Origin: Octopus bimaculoides
Taxonomy: Eukaryota
Length of the DNA stretch: 64,000 nt
Assembly (NCBI RefSeq): GCF_001194135.2
Contig: NC_068981.1
Coordinates: forward strand, 179,468,363 to 179,532,362
Reading direction: 5' to 3'
The stretch's first letter is position 1; each line of letters starts with the position of its first letter. The notes below the pieces were generated by a model. It was not told where the DNA came from and made no database searches. It worked only from the letters and a program-made list of their open reading frames with translations. Positions 36,731 through 51,860 of the stretch are shown in pieces. Position numbers and translations under genes: made by a program.

Positions 36731-37418
36731 AAGACAAAAGATCGGTAATTTAATGAAACATATTTTATAGAAAGAGGTGAGAAAAACATGGGTCATCGCT
36801 CATATTTAATTTCTTTGATATTGTTATATTTTCATATCAGTCAGAATCAGACAAGAAATTCTATGTTGTTTAGTTACAGAATAAACTCTAATGAACGAGA
36901 CCTATAACCAAAGTCGTTTTAGGGATATTCATTTGTTTGTCTTCATTTTCAATCAAAAGCCATGATCTAATTTATATTCTTGTCGAAGTGAAATTTGAAA
37001 GAGCAATAGTCCTAATAATTCGAACGTCGATAGAGATCAGATAATGTTTTATAAATAAGTAAAAGAAAATAGCATTCGATTTTGCTAAATCACGTTCAGA
37101 AGCGAAATAGTAACGAAATTTTACAGAGAACACACTTTCTAATGCTTAACTATGTATTATAGCACTAAATCTTTCAGTGTTAACTGATATATATGTTATT
37201 AATAATTCAGAACGTGTTTGGATTAACTTGATTTAGATATAATGATAGAGAAAAATAATATGATGTAAGGAGAGTCATTTTTGCAATATAATTTATGTAA
37301 ATTAACTTTTTCCCGAAAGGTTTCTCAAATACATTTAAGAAGTTTTGAAGAAAATATTTCATGAAATTCATATGATAACGCATAACTTTTCTCTGATTAC
37401 TGTCTCAAAGTTTGGATT

Positions 37419-37454
<36 letters not shown>

Positions 37455-39214
37455 CACCACTTTGCTATTAAATAATGGTTTCCCATTTTGGTACAAGGTG
37501 AACTTTTTTAACGGGAGAAGGTTACTAATTTCCATCGACACCAGTGCTTAATTGTAAATTATTTTATCAACTGCGAAAAGGTCGAATTCAGAATGTAAAA
37601 AAAGCCGGGAGAAATCGCGCTACGAAATTTGTCAAACTCACTGACTGTTCTGCCTGTTCACCGCCTTTTTTTTTAAAAAGCAAAACACAAGATGCATGAG
37701 ACTGTTTGATAATAATTTATCTCATCTATCTATCTATCTATCTATATATATATATATATATTGTGTATGTAGATAGATATAAATTGATCGGTTAAATAGT
37801 CAACTCGTTCTGTGGATCATGTCAGTTGTGGCTAATTGTTTTTATCTGTTTTCGGTTTTGAATATCAAAATTAATGCAAATAGATAGTTACTTGATATAA
37901 GTAAAACATTTCGGAAAAATTTCGCTCACATGTTGAGCTAAAGTTACAATAATTACAATTATCGATATTTCATGTTTAGTGCAGATTTTCTTCAAAAAAT
38001 GTAATTATATGAAATGTTTTGAAACTATTCAAACAATTTCAGGGAGTTATGGACTATCAAAGTTCTGGTGTATTTTCCTCTATTAGAGATGTACAGAAAA
38101 ATCTTCTGTAAATAAATCTTTACTGCACATATATTTTGTAAACGATACCTTTGAATCAAGCGGATAACAAACGATGTTTTGTTGCTTTCATTATCGACTA
38201 AATTAGCCTGCAATTGACCCAATTAATATTTTCTTAATCCACTTGAACTAAGTTGCTTTCATTGAGTAATTTAAAGTCTGTAAAAGTCATTGTCGGAACT
38301 TATGTATCTGATTACACTTGAGCAATTAAAAAAACATCTAAAACGATAGAAAAACATCACAGGCGATACATCAAACGAGTGTCCTGCTGATAAATATCAA
38401 TAACAAAAAATTGCTTAGACTAAGTGGAACGAACTATGCAAAATTATGTATTTGTAAAACGCACTAAAAATTAAAAAAGAAAACATTTTATTTTTGTTTT
38501 ATTTACATGACTATTATACTTTATTGTTGACACAATACGGAATTCTAATTCTTCGCTTGCAGTATTAATTCAGTTGATTATATTTCTTTCATTCTTTCTT
38601 TTACTTGTTTCACTAATTTGATTGCGACGACTATGCTGGTGCACCGCCTTGAGGGGTTTTAATCGAACAAATCAACCCCAGGACTTATTTTTTAAAGCCT
38701 AGTACTTATTCTATCGGTCGCTTTTAGCCAACAGCTAGGTTACAGTGATATTAACACCAACACCGGTTGTTAGGCAGTGATGGAGAAGGGGACAAACACA
38801 GACACAAGGACAAACACATAGATATATACCAATGTATATATGAGACGAGCCTCTTTCAGTTTCTGTCTACCAAATCCACTCACAAGACTTTGGTCGCCCC
38901 GAGGCTATAGTAGAAGACAATTGCCGAAAAAGCCATGCAGTGGAACTGGACCCGGAACCATGTGGTTGGTAAGCAAGCATCTAACCATACGACCAATATT
39001 TGAGGCGAAGTTAAACAGGGTCAGTATTTTGTTTGTAGGGGAGAGGTTTAGTCGATTACGTAGACCCCAGTATTTGACTGACACTTAGTTTATCGACCAC
39101 AAAAGGATGAAAGGCAAAGTTGCCCTTGGCAGAATTTGGACTCAGAACGTAAAGATGGATAAAATGCCGGTACGCATTTTATCTGGCGTGGCAAACAATC
39201 CTGTCAGGTTGCCG

Positions 39215-39217
<3 letters not shown>

Positions 39218-39293
<76 letters not shown>

Positions 39294-39341
39294 CAATAAC
39301 AACAACAACAATAATAATGATAATAGTAATAATAATAATAA
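39218..39341. repeat. (AAT)n/(AAC)n microsatellite
   Basis: Direct reading. Confidence 0.95.
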
Positions 39342-39905
39342 ATACCCAGATGCAGTACCAGGCAATGTCTCTCATGTCTCCTGATCTTAACTGATTAGAA
39401 GTTTTATCATGTACATTGTTTGTCTTGGTATAAAAGATGGGCTACTGCAAATATTTTGCTGAATGCCACAGATTTGTTTGTCAGTTGCTTGACCATAACC
39501 TGTTGAGCATGTCACTTAGTGGCTGACGATATGTGCATCTCTGATCATGAGCAGAAGTAGTGGGGGAGCATCATAGCCATGTGTTGAGAGGAATTCTTTG
39601 AGATTTGAATAATTCACCTTTGGAAACATGGGTGTTTTGCTCAACATCCTTAAACAAACCTTATTCAGGGACCTTTTGAGCGGGATGGGCTACTCGATCA
39701 GAAGAAAATTCTAACTGCCCCCCCCCCCACCTGCAAGGTCGTGCGGTGTTTATCTTGAATTGAGATCATTATGGACATATGGTTGTGATGCATGTGCCTG
39801 GTGTACTCTTCTCAGACGAGTAGTCATGATGGGCATACTGAACTTCGTATATTTTACCTCAGTGTCACTTTGAAGGCATGCACTGCTCTCTCACTCAATA
39901 ATGTT
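39338..39905 (+). mobile_element. Non-coding interspersed repeat, probably a retroelement 3' end, embedded in (AAT)n
   Basis: GC-richer block starting right after a long (AAT)n and ending ctctctcactcaataatgttaataataa. A related fragment (atctctgatcat.agc) lies near 31235-31250. Confidence 0.5.
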
Positions 39906-40214
39906 AATAATAAACATTTGTACTATAGGCGCAATGCCAGAAATTTTAGGGAAGGAGCCTAGTTGAATACACCTACCCAAGTACGCAACAGAAGTTTATT
40001 TTATCGACTCCGAAAGAATGAACGGCAAAGTCAACCTTGGTGCCATTTGAAATCTGAACCCAAAGTTCCAGAGGAAATGCTGCTCAGCATTTCCTGTGTT
40101 GCGTTAACAATTCTGTCAGTTCAGAATTTACTATGTAGGTCACCTTAATATAAAAATTACAGAAAACAAGCAGTAAAAATATAGAATAGATGTAGCGGTA
40201 TTATTGATTCTCAC

Positions 40215-40352
40215 CTTACTGGAATCTGGTTCCACATGATGTGTCCTGCTGCGGTGTTGATGCTTGACATAGCTCGGTCCTCCACACATATGTGGGTGAT
40301 ATCTGGAAATGACGTAACCGTTGGTCGAACCCGGATGAGCTAACATTTCCAT
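40215..40352 (-). CDS. Candidate N-terminal (A/B domain) coding exon 1 of the receptor
   Basis: Acceptor ctctgcttcgttgctatcacag ends at 40355, followed by GT-ATG. Translates MEMLAHPGSTNGYVISRYHPHMCGGPSYVKHQHRSRTHHVEPDSSK. Donor AAG|gtgaga at 40214, phase 0, compatible with the 10050 exon. Locally GC-richer than its flanks. Confidence 0.55.
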
Positions 40353-43021
40353 ACCTGTGATAGCAACGAAGCAGAGCGTCAAAGAATGTCTAGACACCAT
40401 ATGAAAGTTTCATTATGTTCTTTATAAAATATCTAGTTTGAATCATTAGTAATAGAAAATTTGTGTTGCAGATTATTTACTTTTTATCCTAACAGATGAA
40501 GTTATAATTAAAATAAAACCATTTCTGTGTCACTTTTCTAGCAATCACGTAATTTAGAGAATCTTACCATTACCGTCTATTCATGGAATTTCAATGAATT
40601 CTTCCTGTTTTATTGGAGTGTGTTCATATTTAGCTGACAAGCTTTTGTATAGAAATTTCTAGTTAATATTTTGTTTTACTTGAAATGAAAAATTTGAAAG
40701 TAAGTAACCGTCTAACAACATAGACTAAAACACTATTTGAAAATTAGAAGCATATAATTTAAGAATCAGAAATGTATCATCAAAAATAAATTAGAGAGGA
40801 TGACAACTCGATAGAATGTGTAATGTTTTACGTTTCTTGCCCTTTGTGTAATCATTAATTTATAACAGGCTTAATTTAAATTGAAACAATTATATTTTTT
40901 TACAAGACTATCATTAACGTGACGATATTAATATGATAAAGTAATAGAAGTTCTATTGATATTAAACTGCAGTCCTAAATACATAACTTAGAACTAGTTC
41001 AACACTGTATTGATTACGTAGGCTATTAATTCTAAGCTTAGACAGGTGCAGCAGGGTTTGTTGGAGATGTACAACAAATTTTGTGCATTATCATCTGTAA
41101 CGCCAGTTGTCTCAGCGTCACATCATCATCATAGTAACTTTCATTGTTACTCATAGAAGAGTTTTCTCACCAAACGCAATAATTATAAGTAAATGTATTT
41201 AGGGAATGTTGGCATACAAGAAGGTTATTCCATATAATCAGAGAAAATAGTTTAATTGTGGAAGTTATTTTCTTGCTAAATCTTCGAAGCCCCCCCCCTT
41301 TCACCCGAAGGTCTCTGGGAAACACATAACAACAGAAATGAGGAGTAGAACCTATGGCGTCATGAAGACGTCAGTTCCTGCTATATGCCAACACCCAAAC
41401 TGCCAAATTAATGACATTAATGTTAAGACTATGATGTCTAACAACTCCTAATCTCCGAAGAGATAATTGGGGTGGAAACAACCGGTTTCTGATTTTTCCC
41501 ATCGACACACAGGCACGCACACACACTCATGTGCACACACACACATGTGCACACACACACACACATGTGCACACACACACACATACACACACCACGCGCA
41601 CACACAAAAGAACACAATGCAACATACACACAATACAACATACACACAAACACAAACAGAAACAGAAAGACACATGTGCACGTAGAAGAAAATGTGTTTC
41701 AGTTTACACTGATGTGCAAATACTTGCAAACATATATGTTTATCCTTATCCATATACACGAACAGACATGTAAATTTTCTTTGTTTCACGTACATATCAG
41801 TAACTATTCATATATGTTTGTGTGCATCTGCGTATGTGTGTGCCTCTGTTTGTGTGAGCGTCTAAAGAACCATTGGCATAATTAGACAAGCGTGTATTTA
41901 TGCATTTTTATATTACGTTGTGCACATAATGTAGTGATATTTCAAAGTAAGATGAAAGTCTAAGCTCTCTTCCTTTCATTCCGTATGCTTCTTCACTGCC
42001 AGAGTATCAAGTAATTGGAAATTGTACGTTAATTACTTCATTAGATACCGGAAAGAAATGTTAACACATTATTGCATTCAGTAATATAATAGACGGCAAA
42101 CATAACGCTCACACACTATTTCCCTGAGTAAAACCTCTTTGATATCCTAAAACATTTATCTTCGTAATACCTCTTTCAATCAAATGTTAGAGTTGCAGGT
42201 CAACAACAATCTTATGTAATAGCGTCTCTAGTTTGACTTTCTGGAAAACTGTTGTACTTTGTTATGTTTTGTCATTCTCATCCATTGACATAAATTTTCT
42301 CTTCCTTCAAAATAATATATTCCCATCCTTTATATGTATTTCTTTTTCTCTTACGAGTTCTCTCGTGTCATATCTTGTTCTAGCATTTAGCAACTCAATT
42401 AAGAGAAACACAGACCTTATTGTGGTTGAACTTAATCCTCATCTTTTACTGTTTTTTCCTTTCCTCTCTTTTCCACTCCCTCTCTGTGTCAGCCTCTCTC
42501 ATCGTTTCTGAGCACATATCCATTTGCTTTGGTTATTTCTCATTATAATCTCTTTATTTATCGTAATACTTTTCATACTTTTGTGTAGTTTAATTGCGAG
42601 TGTGAGGTAAACATCGAGGTACTGTGTGTGTTCTGGTTACCTCTCGTGTTCCCTTTCTACTACGCTTCCGTTGCATACCTCTGTCTTCCTTATTCTCTTC
42701 TCACTTCCTCAATTTTCCTATCTTTCGATCTATCATCTTCTTTCAACGCCTCTGCAAACACACTCACACAAAAACACGTGCGTAAATTTTCGTTTCTCAT
42801 AGGCGCTAATGTTACCCCATATCTCACTCTTCCATTCTCCTACATGTCATCTCGTTTAATGTCACCTTGTGCCCTTTTTTGCTTTACTATCTAACAAAGT
42901 TATTAGTGTATACTTAACAAGGCACGAATAATCATGTAGGCGCGGATATTTTCATACGTCCATGTATTAATATACATAGCCACTTTCTGTATGCTGCATA
43001 TTCGAAGTGATGCACACACAT

Positions 43022-43072
<51 letters not shown>

Positions 43073-43707
43073 ACACATACACACACGCACAAACGCACAC
43101 ATATAGCGATGCATGACCAATATTGGCCATTTATTACTTGCAAATTCACGTCGTACTTTCACGCAGTCATACACACACAAAAACTAACACAAGTTTTCAA
43201 GCACATTAACACACATATACACAGACAGACTGTTTCCTCGAACGTACATGAACGTGAGTAGATGTCTAAGTAGACATAATTTTGTCTACATACATATATA
43301 TAGGTAGATATACTATAAATATACATACATATATGTGTGTACATACGCGCACACATACATATGTATGTATGCATAAATATATACACACACATACACTCGT
43401 ATATATNNNNNNNNNNNNNNNNNNNNNNNNNNNNNNNNNNNNNNNNNNNNNNNNNNNNNNNNNNNNNNNNNNNNNNNNNNNNNNNNNNNNNNNNNNNNNN
43501 NNNNNNNNNNNNNNNNNNNNNNNNNNNNNNNNNNNNNNNNNNNNNNNNNNNNNNNNNNNNNNNNNNNNNNNNNNNNNNNNNNNNNNNNNNNNNNNNNNNN
43601 NNNNNNNNNNNNNNNNNNNNNNNNNNNNNNNNNNNNNNNNNNNNNNNNNNNNNNNNNNNNNNNNNNNNNNNNNNNNNNNNNNNNNNNNNNNNNNNNNNNN
43701 NNATATA

Positions 43708-43750
<43 letters not shown>

Positions 43751-44282
43751 CATACATATACATACATATACATACATATACACATATATATATCCTCATT
43801 TGTGCAAGTGCATTGGAGCAATTACGGTTGTATTAAACAGTAATTATGATATCCTTAAGATATATTACTTAGCTTTTCCGCTTTTCCCTAATTAATAATG
43901 ACCTCTACTAAAGAATACTCAGAAAATGTGACATTGCGCGCATTTCAAAAATTCCCTAAACCTAATAAGTAGACGAAAATTAACACAACATTACCTCATT
44001 TCTTCAGAAAATAGCGAAAAAAGTCAAAGTTAAAATTATAATATTATTCCTGAGGATAATCGAATAATGTGGTTTTGGATGCGTTTTCATTATTAAATAC
44101 TTCGTAACATTCTGATAATTTTAACACTTTCCATAATATCATGTACATTTCTGATCAAAACTGTTTCAGTTCATATCATATACCAATGCTACAATGCAGA
44201 TCAATCAATCTTTTACGATTTTCAAATGTACCATATATTTCCTGTAATACTAAATATTTAGCTATATACGTTTTTCTATCAT

Positions 44283-44405
44283 TAACGTAAAGGACTTTCT
44301 CACTTCCCGAGCGTTACACTAATACATCTGTTTGTTGCGTACACACCCGTCTTCGTCTTTTGTTTTTTTGCTTTTTTTTTGTTTTGTAAATTCTCATTTT
44401 ATATA
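44283..44405 (+). mobile_element. Possible fragment of a second Penelope-like short-repeat family
   Basis: acgtaaaggactttctcacttcccgagcgttacactaatacatctgtttgttg...cgtcttcgtcttttgttttt. Based on my recollection of a dispersed octopus repeat; no second copy in this window. Confidence 0.3.
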
Positions 44406-47400
44406 CACACAAACACACTTATCGATAGATTATTGAGTTATTTGTAATATCTTTGCTTCCAAAGATGCTTGAATGATCATCTGGTGCCAGATGGAACAAA
44501 TTTGAACGTAAAGGAGAAATAATCTCAGCAAATTTGACTTTTCAAAAGTAGTATGCTATGAAAGGAGACTGGAGTTAGATAGTCTAGAGACAAGAGGAGT
44601 GCTGTGGATTAGTGTTTTTACCTAATAGATGACATCAGTAGTTTTCTTAGCTTTTTTGTAGTCCAAGTGCATTCAGATATATAAAAAATAGAACAGAAAA
44701 CATCTATAGTCAATGTAATTTGAATAACTGAAGCAAAACTGTCAACCGAAACAATTGAGATGCCACTTGTTGCAGGACAATGAGAGTGCTTTTTCGCAAA
44801 TGGCAATCTAAATTTGAAAAGTTCTTGAAACCTGAGATTATCTCCCTTTCTTGTTTGGAGCTGGTACCAATTAACACCAAGTGATTGTTCTACCAAACCC
44901 ACGTAGGTTTTCATACGCTATGGTATTGCTATAATTTTTAAAAACTGCTAGAATCTATTAAGACCAGACGAACAATTTAGAAAAGTCAAATATCATGTCT
45001 GTATGTGTAAAAGCGTGAAAGCGCTGTGTTTTAAGGATAAATCATCCATAATCACATTTAGTTAATGAAACTAGTGATAGGCATAAAGTATTTCTAGGCA
45101 CAATAAAATTAATAAAGTTTAAAATTTAAAGCAAAAATATATAAATAAAATTTACTTTAACGGAGTAATAGAAATGGAAAGTAAGACATGATGTACACCT
45201 TAAAATAAACATACGAATTCTGATTCTTTTGGTTTTTCAAGGCTGCATACTATATCGAAAATCTTTGAATAAATTCATAGTTTCATTTTAGTTTCAGTTT
45301 CATTTCGTTTCCGCTTTTTTTCTTACATTTATACAGAAAGACACTGAGATTTGGACTTAAATATAACTTCAAGAATGTTTCTTCATACTAAAACAATATT
45401 TACTAATGATTGTTCAGCTATTACAAAATATCAACAACACTAATTGTAAAAGAGGGAACTTTAGAAACTAAGACAAGTTTTATTTAAAGCTTGACTACTA
45501 TAAGATATACATCAACAACAAACTGAATATCTTTCTATCTTAGGTTTGCTTTACGCACAACCTTGATATAACTGTAACAGAGACACCAGAAACGTGGCTC
45601 TCTAACATTTTAAATAATAGAAGTTCAACATGATACTTCAGAAATAAAGGAAGTTAAACATAGCAGATTCGATTTAATACCTCTCAAACATAAATTACGT
45701 AAAGCTTTTGAAATGTCTTTGTGTTTTCTAACTCCTACTAGTTTTGGAGTTGAATACCTCTCGTATTCCCCTAAGATTTTAAATTACTTTAACTTACGTT
45801 CCTTTTAACCTGTAACGTAAGCTTGTTCTGTTCTGTAGTATCGCACCTGCCATCTGTTATACAGACTGCCGAGCGTAGCAAAACATCGTTGAATGACAAA
45901 ATAACAGAGTAATGAATAGAAAAGCAATAGCAGCTGGGCGTGCAGTTTCTGTCAAAATTTGATATTTATTTCCTTAGGATATAAAAGGCCTTTTGTCGAA
46001 AATGACATTGATAAGTGCTGAGCCCTTACAAAACTATTATCTCCTTGTGGAAATGATGGCATTACAAATGTTACAATAAAATATTACATAATTTACTGAT
46101 GTGGATTTGAAGAACAAAAATTTGTTTAATCACACTCAGGTAGATAAATACAGTAGAAACATTTCGTAAACTGAAAAAGGCAAATGAACATGACAGGTGA
46201 ATTTATATAGATGCCATATAACATATACTTTTTGATTAAAAAACTAAAAGAAAAAAATAGTCGTCAGGTATAGAAATACACAAACACTCAACACATACAC
46301 GCAAAGACACATATATACCAGATGACTTTATGTTTCTCTTTATATATGCATGTTGGTATATATGCGTGTATGCATATATATGTATATTAGATTGCCAACC
46401 ACTTAACTGAGTAACATAATTATGTAACTTATTTCCAATAGGTGATAAAATTAGGAAGATATTTGTTCAAATATTGTTTTAAAAATTACCTAATGAAAAC
46501 AAAGAAAGAAATTGTTATTTCTATACATTTGTTCGGTATTTGAATGCATTTTGTCAATATTAGGATCCCTAACAGCTGAAACATGTTGGCAATCATAGTA
46601 ATTAGATATGCAAAATATACTATTACCATGCAGCTATGCATATCTAAGAGTATTTTATTGAATTCTATCTTGTGTGCGATTGATTTCTAACTGGTAAATG
46701 TCTAACTGGTAGTATATCCAAGAATAACATATAAAATATAAAGCCTATAATATCCTAGAATAACCACTTAACCAATAATATAAAATGTAGAGAAACAAAA
46801 TCGAAAATTACATTTTTACTCCAAGAAATAAAAGAAATAAACTGGATCGTTTTACTCCTGTTGTCTTTTCTTAATCTGTTGGGGCAGTAGATGTGTATGA
46901 CCTATATTCCATTTCAAGGACATCAGATATTGATAGGGGAAGAAGGAAATACAATCTGTCGCTCAAGAAGTAGGGGTTAAACTAGGAGAGATATTAAGTC
47001 TATCAATCAAATTTTCTGACATACTATTAGAGACAATGTAGTAATCAATCATGCAAATTGTTCTAAATTATCCAGTAAATATCCAGTATAATATATTGAT
47101 GCTAAAGAAAATATATGTATTCAGATAATACTAATAAATCGTGTGAAGGAATGTTGTTACAGTGACTACGCTTTTACCTTCTGTCTATCATTGAATTCCA
47201 AGAGTGCGCTAGAAGTGATCAGTACTAAAATCCAATACAAATGAATTTATTACTGCTGCAGATATTTTAAAATCAGGTCGACAAATTATTAAATTAGATG
47301 CAACGTTTCCTTTCGGTATGCATTCAGTTTTCACAGCGAATGTAATCCATGCAGCAAATTAATTATGTGTTCTTTAATATAACAGATAGAAAATAAATTA

Positions 47401-47966
47401 TACTTCTCTCATCAACCAATTGTTGTTATACACGAAATCTTTACCATCTTATCAAGATAGGCTTTCGAATGCACTCTGATTAATATTGAATATTCGCAAT
47501 GAAACTTCATCCTTATTGCGAGAATTTGTAGTTTATATACAAGCTGTGTATTTCATAGTTTGTATATAAAGTATAAATTCTCACAATAAAGATGACTTTC
47601 CATTGCTAATATTCACAGATTCACACTCGATACAAGGTATTAGCAATGATTTTTAAAAGTTAAGTTTTGTAAAACGTATTTCAAGAATTCAGTACACGAA
47701 ACATAAAGATTAATATCTCTTCGAAATAATTTTGGTCAGTTCGAATATAACTACGATCTGTTAATTTCACATCTTTGTGTTCCCAATCTAGAGTAGATAC
47801 TTTCCTTTCAACACCTTTATTTTTACAATGGCTGCAGACATCACTATGTGCCGAAAGGGTCATTTTGCGATCACGGGATTCGAGGTTCAATATTACTATG
47901 TGGCTTCTATGAAAACCATGGACCAAATCAGGTGAAAGTTTGGTAGACGGAACTGTGCACAAGCTC

Positions 47967-48011
<45 letters not shown>

Positions 48012-49344
48012 ATGTGTGTGCTTGTGTGTGTGTGTCTGTGTGTGTATGTATATGCGTATCTGTGTGGGAGTGGGTACGTGTCTTTGTGTGTATGTATGAA
48101 GGTATGTTTGAATGCATGCTTGTATGTGTATGTGTGTACATGTGTGTGTAATGACTAGAAATGGTTGAAGCAGTCCATCGACAAAATACTTCATGCTATT
48201 TCGTTCTGCCCCTGTTATTTCTTTGAACGCTCACTGACTGGCATTGTCATGTGTCCTTTACGGGATCAATAATCATATACTGTCCTATGTACTGGGTTTA
48301 TAAAATCAACTAAATTCCTTGAAAGCATCACTACAGCAACTGAAATCCAATTATGACACCAGTAACACACAATCAAAGATATCAAAAATATATTTCCCTT
48401 AATAAAATAAATTAGAAAGAGATTCTGCTTAACAGAATATAATTATTGAACTTTATTACTTCTTTACACAAATTTGATTTTCTTCCAAAATATTCTGCTC
48501 TCTTGAAACTGAATTTGTTTTTCTTGCAAAGAATGTGTTTTTATCTGTTATCCCTTTAGTAATGTTTAAATGAAACTCCTTTTCTCATACATTAATTAGA
48601 ATTTTAAAATCAAAATTGTGGATGTTTTGTGAATCTTATCTTTGCCACGATACGTTGAGGTTGTATATGATAGGCATTCCTATGCCATCAAATGTCAGTA
48701 AGCGCCAAAAGAAATATCTTGGAAGCTAACCTAATTCATGTTCAAAGATTTCAATTGTATACTTCAAGAAAATAGAAGATAAACTTCAAACTTGCTTGGA
48801 TTTATTAAACTTTAATCCTTGTCTTGCCCAAAATACACTCTATTTTAAGTAGTTACCATAAATTATTGATAAAATCTACAGTATATCGACTGACCATCGG
48901 AAAAAATAAATGGCTAATGTTGTTGAGCGCCTTATTTTCTTTTATAAGAAACATGTCACTTCAAGTAGAAAAATGTTAACATAGACAGCATTTTTATTCC
49001 CCGGCAGCACTGAAAAGTTAAATGACAGATTTATCAAATCTTTAAGACAGCTGTCACTCGTCTTTGACTTCTAAGCACATTAAATTTTGTCACGCGTTTC
49101 CCAGCACATATAAACTACATTCTTCATATTCTAAACTCACAAGTAAATTATATTACATAGAAGCGTAGAATTAAGTATACTCAATAAGGATATGATTGTT
49201 ATTATTTGCCAGTTAGAAGATACAATTATTAGTCATACACAGTTTTTGCCAGGGTGGGCGCTATAAGAAAATTTGAAAGGGTAAATCGAAAATATTTACT
49301 AAATTCACTTTTGGAGACCATGCAGTTTGAGTAAAGCTTTAAAG

Positions 49345-50576
49345 TACAAAGGTTGTCCTGAAAGTAATGCAAAAGCGGGCGTAACAGCTTTATTAACTGG
49401 CATATCTATTTCAAATTGTACGTGTTGTTAGAGTAAAATTTCCTCTGTAGTAATTCTTCATCCTGTTTTTCATTACACGCAAATAATAGGTTCCATGAAG
49501 AAACAACTTGTCGTCATTGATAGGAATTCAGGCCCTCCGACATCTACAGAAAGTTACAGTTTATACACGGTACAACACCTTTGAGAAAAGTAACGTAAAC
49601 AAATGGATAATGATGTTTTAAAACGTTGTAATCATCACTGAAGAAAAATTAGACAATGGGAAATGATCGACCGCAAACATTGACATAAATCACACGTGCG
49701 TTGACTAATTCATTTTCACGGACATACGAGATAAAATCCGTGTGATTGTTGAGCAGCTGCACTATGAGCACAGTGCATTATATGATAGAATACATTGGAA
49801 AAGAGTGTGTTAAGTGAGCACGTTAGAAGTAGGCACCCCATTTGTTGGGTGAAAAGGTTGATGTCTACTGGACTAGCTGGAAGCGTTTGAAATTAATGAA
49901 GATACACTTTCACCAATCTTGGGGCAAAAGATGGAAATTGGTCGTATCTTTATGATCCAGAAATAAAGGATCAGTTCACGAAACGGTGTCATGCCTCTTC
50001 TCAAAATCCTAAGGAAATTACGAGTCAACATTCGGCATAGAAACTCATGACGACTGTTTTGGAGGCCGATGGAAGCGTAAATCTCCTTGACTTTCTAGAA
50101 CGTGGCTTCACAGTGACTAGCGAGCGAGATATTGAAACAGTCAAGAAGCTTGGTGAAACCATTAGGAAGAATAAACCGAATAAGAACTTGAAAATGATCC
50201 ATATTCATGCTGATAATATTTTTGGCAACAAATCAGAAAGAGCAGAGAAGGCTGGCCAGTGCTTCTCCTTCCATCGTTCAACACAGACCTGGTTACCACA
50301 GGCGTTCACATGCGGACAATTTTTCGGAAAGAACAACTGGATGATACAGACAACGTGAATTTGGGCACGACAGTGCACATATAAACATTTTCAAAGAGGA
50401 TACGAGATTTGGGTTTAACAACGGCACCGAAACATTGTTGACAATAGAAACTGTGTTTTCTAGTATTTTTGTTTAGAGGAATGGGAAACGTACTAATGTG
50501 TGCATTCTAAGGGACTTATGCCAGTTAATGAAAAAGTTATGTCAACATATGTATTACTTTCGGAACAACCCTTGTA
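49345..50576 (+). mobile_element. Full-length decayed mariner (DD34D-type) DNA transposon
   Basis: 26-bp terminal inverted repeats including the TA (49345-49370 and 50551-50576, 22/26 match). Transposase remnants WSYLYDPEIK and KLMTTVLEADGSVNLLDFLERGFTVTSERDIETVKKL...IHADN, with stops and frameshifts. Confidence 0.88.
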
Positions 50577-50687
50577 CTATAAAACATATACAAATACTAA
50601 CAACCAGATATATACACACATACACACACACACTCACATATATATATATATATATATACATTACATGGATATATGAATGTTCATATG

Positions 50688-50726
<39 letters not shown>

Positions 50727-50727
50727 C

Positions 50728-50778
<51 letters not shown>

Positions 50779-51689
50779 GAGAGAGAGAGAATATAAAACT
50801 ATATATATGATATACAGAAAAAGTGAATACATTTTTCTCTTCTTTTTAATGTCTAAATTTATTCTGTCTCTTAATAGGAGTTATTTATTTACGAATTTAA
50901 AGTTATCGTAAAACAATGAAAGGAGCTGGAGACCTTTTTTTCCGTCACTCGATCTCTGAATAAAATCAACTGAATTTGCTTAAATACTGTACCCCTATCG
51001 ACTGAAATAAGGAAGAGTACAGTGAATAATTTAGTCCTAGACATGCCACTAAATAAGGGCTAAACACGGTTGTGATATTTTTGAACAATGATATGCAAGA
51101 TCACGCCATATTAAATTTCTTTAAACAACTAACAGTAGGAAAATGGTTAATATACCTGGTTAATAAGTAGCCAAATTATAATTGGATTTTCTTACACGCA
51201 CACATACACACAGACACACAGACACACAGATACACACACACACAGACACACACACACACACACACACATGTACTCTTGCTCTTACACATACATATTATTA
51301 TATTATGATATTCATAAATATGGCGTCACTGAGTTGTTAAGTATAGCGATTTCTTTGCAAACTAAAAAGGAGATATTTATCAATCAATGTTAATGAGAAC
51401 ATTCCAAAACTATTGCATTTAATGAGAATTCTACAAATACACATGGCTGTTTGAGTTTTATTCTTTAGTTTTGATCTTTGCGTTTATACATTAGAGCGTA
51501 TCATAAAATATCATAATTTGCTGAAAGCAAATAATTTGGGATGTGTACTATCTGCATTGAAGACAATAATCAACTTAACATATGTAATACCGTGATCGTT
51601 ATAAAATGCTAATTGAAATAAGCTGCCGATTCAGTAAGGACAATATTATATTGATATCATGTGGAAAAACGTTAACTAGATGGTGAAAA

Positions 51690-51860
51690 TTATTAGCGGC
51701 ACTTCTTGCGGCGTTTTTTGTTCTGAGCTCAAATAGTGCCAAAATCAAGTTCACTTTTTATCATTTCGGGGTCGATGAAATAATGTATCAGTGAAGTACT
51801 GGAGTCGATGTAATAGGTTAACTTCCCTCTGACAATTACTGGCCTTGTGCGAAAGTGAGA
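51690..51860 (+). mobile_element. SINE family 1 copy, decayed
   Basis: ctgagctcaaat...catttcggggtcgatgaaa...ggagtcgatgtaat...ggccttgtg. Confidence 0.7.

Larger units (their letters stand above)
37490..40135 (-). mobile_element. Cluster of minus-strand SINEs: family 1 at about 37490-37670, 39030-39217 and 39920-40135; family 2 at about 38598-38990
   Basis: Family motifs recognisable in each copy by alignment to the better copies in this window. Confidence 0.75.

Noticed and set aside
44618-44914. 98-aa minus-strand ORF with a possible donor
   Set aside because: No homology; the donor would be phase 2, incompatible with the receptor exons.
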